Position numbers and translations under genes: made by a program. A DNA stretch of 44,563 nucleotides. Source: a virus (Duplodnaviria > Caudoviricetes). Positions 39,202-44,563 of the stretch are shown piece by piece. Every line of letters begins with the position of its first letter. Position 1 is the stretch's first letter. Below the pieces are notes generated by a model. It was not told the origin of the DNA. It saw only the letters and a list, made by a program, of their open reading frames with translations, and ran no database searches. The DNA lies in IMG/VR virus record IMGVR_UViG_3300005805_000149, positions 1 through 44,563 of that record; one strand, 5' to 3'.

Positions 39202-39336
39202 TTACCATTTACCCTCTGGACATTTTGTTCCAGGCATTCTTGTTTTCACAGGCATAAAACATTTGCAAACATTACATATCTTTAGCTTGTTATCAAATTT
39301 TTGACATTGTTTACAAATTAAATACTTTTCGTTCAT
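39202..39336 (-). CDS. 44-aa Cys-rich protein (DUF6171-like), missing from the ORF track
   Basis: Manual translation: MNEKYLICKQCQKFDNKLKICNVCKCFMPVKTRMPGTKCPEGKW; ATG overlaps the upstream stop (ATGA). Confidence 0.8.
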   Translation of the reverse strand: MNEKYLICKQCQKFDNKLKICNVCKCFMPVKTRMPGTKCPEGKW

Positions 39337-39716
39337 TCTACGCCTGGCTCAGGAGATGGCATTCCTGTACCATCAGGGCAACATTGGCCCTTCCATGGCA
39401 TTCCAAATGATGTTATTTGATCTAATTTTGGCGAGCGAATGTCATCCAATTCTTGTTTGACTTTTTGTTCCATTGCTTCTTTCCCAACAACATCCCAAAC
39501 CCATTGAAGAACTTGTTCATTAGATAACTCAAGATAGTCAGCAAATTCTTGTGGGTTGGGAGGATTTAATTTTGTCTCGGTACGAATATAGTGAACTGAA
39601 TGATCGTTAGTATCACGAACTTCTAACTCCCAACCAACGTTGTGAACCACTTGTTGTAATCCACTTACTTCTGGGTAACCTTCTACCTTTTCAATTGTCC
39701 ATCGATATAGATACAT
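39333..39716 (-). CDS. Conserved fibre-associated phage protein
   Basis: Y.W.I...E..P....L..VV..V.W ... F..Y..L...QV..WV pattern, often seen beside fibre genes. Confidence 0.6.
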   Translation of the reverse strand: MYLYRWTIEKVEGYPEVSGLQQVVHNVGWELEVRDTNDHSVHYIRTETKLNPPNPQEFADYLELSNEQVLQWVWDVVGKEAMEQKVKQELDDIRSPKLDQITSFGMPWKGQCCPDGTGMPSPEPGVE

Positions 39717-39728
39717 CTTATTTTCTCC

Positions 39729-40280
39729 TTACCAATATTGAGTCTGACTGTCTGAATGAAATGTTCCCCAGCTATGATCTGCTCTTTTTCCTGCATTGGT
39801 CCACCAACGAACCCAAATATATCCTGTACAACAACAAGATATTTTTCTAACTGAAAAACACAATCTTTTTTTTCCACCATACGTGGAGGCAGATTCGTAG
39901 ATGTATGGACTAGATGCAGGAGTCATTGCGCCACCTGCGCCGCTGCGATTAATTCTCACTGCACTGCCATAAAAACTATCATCATATCCGTTTGTATTTA
40001 CAATTGCTTTAAAATCATGAAAGCACTCTGCAGAATATGTATGATAGCCAACAACCTCAATAATATAAGGATTCCACCCCATACCATCTGCAATTTTAGT
40101 TGGTAATGGTGTTCGTACATGGAGCCAAGGATGCCCAGTACCCAAACAATCTGAGATTGATGAACCATCACAAATACAATGGGATAGTATATACCACTCA
40201 GACATATCTGTTGAGTTATCAAGAATGTAATTTGCGCCTGTTAAATTACCTGAGATTGTAGATGATTGTAAAGATGCCAT
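39729..40280 (-). CDS. Cys/Trp-rich fibre-associated module, paralogue 3
   Basis: MASLQSST N-terminus; HVRTPLP, YHTYS, STYGG.KRLCFSV, CCC, WVRWW. Confidence 0.65.
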   Translation of the reverse strand: MASLQSSTISGNLTGANYILDNSTDMSEWYILSHCICDGSSISDCLGTGHPWLHVRTPLPTKIADGMGWNPYIIEVVGYHTYSAECFHDFKAIVNTNGYDDSFYGSAVRINRSGAGGAMTPASSPYIYESASTYGGKKRLCFSVRKISCCCTGYIWVRWWTNAGKRADHSWGTFHSDSQTQYW

Positions 40281-40777
40281 TAATATGCTCCTGTGGTATC
40301 AGCAGCAGTGGTATATGCCCATGCAAAACTATTCCATGCGCCATAATTATTCCACCAACGAATGAACAAATGCCCTGGTTCACCATTTTGATCTTGGCGA
40401 ACTGAGAAACAAACTCGAGTAACACCACCATAAGTGCTTGAAGAACGATAAACTGTTGGCGAAGATTGATATCCATCATTCATTGGAATCTGTGATCCAT
40501 ACCAGCTATTATCATATCCATTCACATTTAATAGTGCCTTGAAATCGTGAACTTTGTCACCACTATATCCATTAAATCCATAAACTTCTAAAATTGAAGG
40601 ATTCCATCCAAGATAACTTGTATCTGCTGGTAGTGGAGTGCGAACATGAATATACGCAGTAGTTGATCCGGTATATGATATTTTATACCATGGAGTTTGA
40701 TTTGAGTTGCTACCACCAAGCATCTGCCCAGATATTGTAACACTTCCATTAATTGTTGTAGTAACTAAATTTGCCAT
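40280..40777 (-). CDS. Fibre-associated module, paralogue 2
   Basis: MANLVTTT N-terminus; HVRTPLP, HDFKA, SSSTYGG..RVCFSV, IRWW. Confidence 0.65.
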   Translation of the reverse strand: MANLVTTTINGSVTISGQMLGGSNSNQTPWYKISYTGSTTAYIHVRTPLPADTSYLGWNPSILEVYGFNGYSGDKVHDFKALLNVNGYDNSWYGSQIPMNDGYQSSPTVYRSSSTYGGVTRVCFSVRQDQNGEPGHLFIRWWNNYGAWNSFAWAYTTAADTTGAY

Positions 40778-40786
40778 ATGACACTC

Positions 40787-41341
40787 TTAAAAATACGGCC
40801 ACACATTTGTTCTTTGAGCAGCCCCTGTTTGGCCCCATGAATAATGATTCCATAGATTTGTTACAGCAGCATCCCCCCACCATCTCATCCAGATCCAACC
40901 AACACAGCAGCACCCAATTTTTTGAACACTAAAACATAATCTTTTATACCCACCATAAGTGCTTGAAGATTTATAAAAATATGGTTCATAACTTAACCCA
41001 TATGACCCTGCGTTTACCCTGGCACTAGATTCTAAATTATCACTACCATCAATGTTAATAACAAATTTAAAATCACTAGTATATTCTCCACTGTATGTGT
41101 GGAATGCTGTTATCTCAAACATAAAAGGCACATTTCTAATTGTACTATAGCTTTCACAAGGAATTGGTGTTCTAATATGTAAATAGCCACCAGAGTATGT
41201 TGGATTACAATCAGAGGTTGAAGGACAGTCGCCACAGTGATATAATCTTGTCCATGGAGTGCACCCACCACCTTGCTGAAATATTCCACCTGTCACATTT
41301 AAAGGATTTCCACCAAGTGCTATTGATTGCAAAGTTGCCAT
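40787..41341 (-). CDS. Cys/Trp-rich fibre-associated module, paralogue 1
   Basis: MATLQS N-terminus; HIRTPIP, FHTYSGE, SSSTYGG.KRLCFSV, CCC, WMRWW. Confidence 0.65.
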   Translation of the reverse strand: MATLQSIALGGNPLNVTGGIFQQGGGCTPWTRLYHCGDCPSTSDCNPTYSGGYLHIRTPIPCESYSTIRNVPFMFEITAFHTYSGEYTSDFKFVINIDGSDNLESSARVNAGSYGLSYEPYFYKSSSTYGGYKRLCFSVQKIGCCCVGWIWMRWWGDAAVTNLWNHYSWGQTGAAQRTNVWPYF

Positions 41342-41342
41342 T

Positions 41343-44300
41343 TTATTTACTCTTCAGCAAATCAATTTCAGCTTTAAGTTCCTTAATTGATTCGACAAGA
41401 TATGCAATTAGGTTAGTGTATTGAATACCAGTTGGATTACCATCATTATCTTTTTGTACAACATTTGGTAGCACATGTTCAACTTCCTCAGCAATCAAGC
41501 CGGCCCTATTTTTAGCAGATCCATCCTTACGGTCATATGTTACACCAACAAGTTTGGATATTGAATCAAGAGCATTAAAAATTGGATCCACATTTTCTTT
41601 TAATGTTATACTTGAAGCTTCTGTTAGTGTACCAGAAACATACTGGTCTCCGGAAACAGAAAGTCTATATGAGCCTGGCGTTGAGGTACCTATACCAACA
41701 TTACCGTTGGCGATAATTCTCATAGCTTCGGTGCTACTACCAAGCCCAAATCTTATGAATCCACCTGAATAATTCCAATGCTCAACGTTTGTGCTACTAA
41801 CTTCAATTAAGTATCCAAGCGATACGCTATTGTCATTTCGCATCTGAATTCTTGTTGTTGAAGGATCATAAATAGTTAACTTATATCCAGGATTCGTCGT
41901 TCCAATACCTACTCTTCCATTACCATGGTCAAATGTAATCCAACTAGCAGCAAGAGCATCAGAATACCACGTCATCTTGCTGTCACTGCCAATGCCCATT
42001 TCAGCTCTCTTGGTGCCTGCATTATCCCAGTAATGGACTGCTGCTCCATTTGTATCAGAACTACGAACTCTAATGAAGCCCAACTTATGCACTGCAAAGA
42101 ATGTCTTGCCGCTTGATCCAGTTGTTTCTAGATTGAATCCATCTGCATCTGATGAACCTGTAACAATATGAAGTTTTGAATTTGGTGAACTTGTACCAAT
42201 ACCAACATAACCAGGACCTGAATCTTGAATTAATACTTTACCGCTGTTTGCGTGGGCAGATCTAATATACCAGTCCCCATTGGTGCCATGATGAATATGG
42301 GACACACTTGCGCCCTTTGAGGAGGATATCCACGCTGACCCATTAGCGTTACTGTCGCCAGCGATGTGTATTGTAGCATAGGGGCTTGTGGCTCCAATAC
42401 CAAGATACCCTTCATGGTTAAGAGCCATCTTAGCTGTATCCCAGTTGGTTGAACCACTTTTACTTGTATGCCAATAATGTGAGTGGTTTTCTGATGCTGT
42501 AGCACCAGCAGTTCTCCAGTGTCCAGCATAATAACGGATATCATTACCATAGCTAGTAATCATACCATCATATCCACCAGTAATGCCCAACTCAAGGGAT
42601 GCGTAATTATCTGTACCACCAATTCTTAATCCTGGAATACCGTTTGCTCCTCCTGCACCAACTAAAATATTAACTTTAGCAGCAGGAGTTGATGTGCCAA
42701 TACCAACATTACCATTAGCAACAACATAGGCGGCCGTGCCAAATGTAGCTGTGTTAGTTGATACATTAATCAAGCCAGTAATGGTAGTATTACCGGCAGC
42801 CAGGGTCGTTAATGTTCCTACAGATGTCAGTGATGATCCAGTGATACCAGTTCCCAATGATGTTGAGTTGACAACAACGGTACCATTAATTTCATAGCCT
42901 TTACCTGAGACTAAATTGAAGTCCTCAGACGATGTCCAGGCATCAGTTGAATCCACCCACGTTAATGTTTTATCAGTTGTACCTTTGAGTGTAATACCGC
43001 CACCATCGGCAGTAATATCTGTAGGGGTGGCAACATCACCAACTATAATATTTTTATCTTCTACGACAAGATTGGTTGAGTTGACGTTGGTTGTTGTGCC
43101 ATTAAAGAATACGTTACCAGATACAACAAGGTCGCCAGTTACAGTAGTGTTGCCAGTAGCTAAAGGACCATTAACTTGAACACCAGCTGAATTGGCTCTG
43201 AGTCTTTCTAATCCACTTGTTTGAAGAATAATTTGTCCCGTTGTAGACCCAGCATTTAAGGTATGTGTGTCGCCGTCATTAACAGATGTCGATGTTGCAA
43301 ATGTCAGACGTCTTGCAAGGTTTGATGATCCACCAGCAAAATAAGTACCAACACTTGTCAGGTAAGCATTAACAGTATTTGTTACATTTAGCGTTCCATT
43401 AATAGTGGTATTACCAAGGGATGCAGATGTACTATTGACAACAGAATTGACAGTAGAGTTGCCAACTGTAATGGCACCAGTTAATGTGCCGCCAGCTAAT
43501 GGTAGGAAAGTATTATTGGCATAAGTTACTGCATTAGAGTATGCGGCGTTGGCTAAAGTATTAGCAGCAGTATTGGCAGCCGTTAAGATATTGGCAACTG
43601 TATTCCCTTCCAGTGCAGCAGCATTAACACTATGTAAGCCAGCACCATTACCAGTGAAGCCTGTTGTATGAATGACAGTGTTGACAGTAGAGTTGCCAAG
43701 ATGTATAGTACTTGTGTTGACAAAAACATTAGAACCAACATTCAGTGTTATGGTAGATACAGATGTTGAGTTAATGGTAGTATTGACAGTAGAGTTGCCG
43801 TATGATATACCATCTACAGCTGTAATTGAATTATTGATAACAGGCACACCATCAGTTGTATCCACAGCTTGAATACCACCACGCGGCGACACTACAACAG
43901 CCTTAGGATTTGGTATATCTGCTGTAGCCTTAGGAACAAAAGCAATAGCGCCAGTATCGGTGTCTGTCTTAATAGTGGCACCACCGAGATTAATTGTGGT
44001 GCCAGACAACCACAAATCTCTCCAACGCATAGCTGAGTTACCAATGTCGTAGGTAACATTAGCAGATGGCATTAAGTGGCCACTAAATGTGGCACCGTTT
44101 GCTCTGATAACTGAATTGACAGTACTATTACCAACAGTAAGCTGCTCGCCTGTCAGTACAACATTGCCAACTGTTAGCTGGGTACCTTGCAGATGGACAT
44201 TACCAGCAGTGATTGTGGTATTAACAGAACTATTACCAATAAAGATTGTACTAGTATTAACTGTTACATTGCTACCAATGGCAAGGGTGTTACTTAGGGC

Positions 44301-44563
44301 AACAGTGTTGGTAGATTCATTGAAAGTAAATGCTGCAGAACCATTAAAAGTGTTGCTGTCATTATACTGAATGTGTGTATTAGATCCACCTGGTGATCCA
44401 CCAGCTCCATCTGTTGTAATTGGAACTTTCTTCCAAGTATTTGTACCAGTAGCAACATAGAAAAAGCTACTATCCCATGCAAATGTACCTGTTGTACCTG
44501 TTGAGGTTGAGTTGGCTGGTGGGTTAGAGGCATTGAGAATAAAATTTGGTACTGTTAATGTAT
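41343..44563 (-). CDS. Long tail fibre with C-terminal intramolecular chaperone (peptidase S74); 5' end lies outside the window
   Basis: G(N/Y/R)VGIGT repeats; SS..LKEN, GLIAEEV, Y..L.A.LVESIKEL; I read the frame from 44072 to the window end and found no stop, so the gene is longer than the 909-aa track ORF. Confidence 0.9.
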   Translation of the reverse strand, partial: TLTVPNFILNASNPPANSTSTGTTGTFAWDSSFFYVATGTNTWKKVPITTDGAGGSPGGSNTHIQYNDSNTFNGSAAFTFNESTNTVALSNTLAIGSNVTVNTSTIFIGNSSVNTTITAGNVHLQGTQLTVGNVVLTGEQLTVGNSTVNSVIRANGATFSGHLMPSANVTYDIGNSAMRWRDLWLSGTTINLGGATIKTDTDTGAIAFVPKATADIPNPKAVVVSPRGGIQAVDTTDGVPVINNSITAVDGISYGNSTVNTTINSTSVSTITLNVGSNVFVNTSTIHLGNSTVNTVIHTTGFTGNGAGLHSVNAAALEGNTVANILTAANTAANTLANAAYSNAVTYANNTFLPLAGGTLTGAITVGNSTVNSVVNSTSASLGNTTINGTLNVTNTVNAYLTSVGTYFAGGSSNLARRLTFATSTSVNDGDTHTLNAGSTTGQIILQTSGLERLRANSAGVQVNGPLATGNTTVTGDLVVSGNVFFNGTTTNVNSTNLVVEDKNIIVGDVATPTDITADGGGITLKGTTDKTLTWVDSTDAWTSSEDFNLVSGKGYEINGTVVVNSTSLGTGITGSSLTSVGTLTTLAAGNTTITGLINVSTNTATFGTAAYVVANGNVGIGTSTPAAKVNILVGAGGANGIPGLRIGGTDNYASLELGITGGYDGMITSYGNDIRYYAGHWRTAGATASENHSHYWHTSKSGSTNWDTAKMALNHEGYLGIGATSPYATIHIAGDSNANGSAWISSSKGASVSHIHHGTNGDWYIRSAHANSGKVLIQDSGPGYVGIGTSSPNSKLHIVTGSSDADGFNLETTGSSGKTFFAVHKLGFIRVRSSDTNGAAVHYWDNAGTKRAEMGIGSDSKMTWYSDALAASWITFDHGNGRVGIGTTNPGYKLTIYDPSTTRIQMRNDNSVSLGYLIEVSSTNVEHWNYSGGFIRFGLGSSTEAMRIIANGNVGIGTSTPGSYRLSVSGDQYVSGTLTEASSITLKENVDPIFNALDSISKLVGVTYDRKDGSAKNRAGLIAEEVEHVLPNVVQKDNDGNPTGIQYTNLIAYLVESIKELKAEIDLLKSK

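Noticed and set aside
44072-44563. Tail fibre start at 44072 and separate ORFs 44089-44370 and 44294-44533
   Set aside because: The fibre frame stays open to the window end with fibre-like sequence, so these are overlaps and the true start lies outside the window

Overview
A 44.6-kb segment of a T4-like myovirus genome (Tevenvirinae/Kyanoviridae-like gene set; the host cannot be determined). Every credible gene is on the minus strand. In transcription order (high to low coordinates) it holds five blocks. (1) Fibre genes: a 5'-truncated tail fibre with a C-terminal S74 chaperone, three paralogous Cys/Trp-rich modules, an unannotated 44-aa Cys-rich ORF and a repeat-domain protein. (2) A cassette of a small anchor-like gene, a 1287-aa Thr-rich protein, a coiled-coil gene and two glycosyltransferase-like genes. 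(3) The T4 neck-tail-head block gp13-gp23, followed by a HAD hydrolase, a radical SAM protein and gp3. (4) uvsY, uvsW, gp55, gp47, gp46 and three 2OG-Fe(II) oxygenases. (5) A 7-deazaguanine DNA-modification cluster (queE, a fourth oxygenase, PRTase, queD, folE2, GIY-YIG, dpdL-like, dpdA-like, DUF3310, dcd; no queC in the window), then def, a GT-A, dsbA and the start of gp45. The most striking signal is the Thr-rich protein. Its two ~590-residue halves are complementary in antiparallel register about a central aromatic/Pro turn, with aromatic residues facing Arg/Lys/aliphatic/small residues. This suggests a giant beta-hairpin fibre, possibly glycosylated by the adjacent enzymes. All calls come from motif recognition by eye; no database searches were run.
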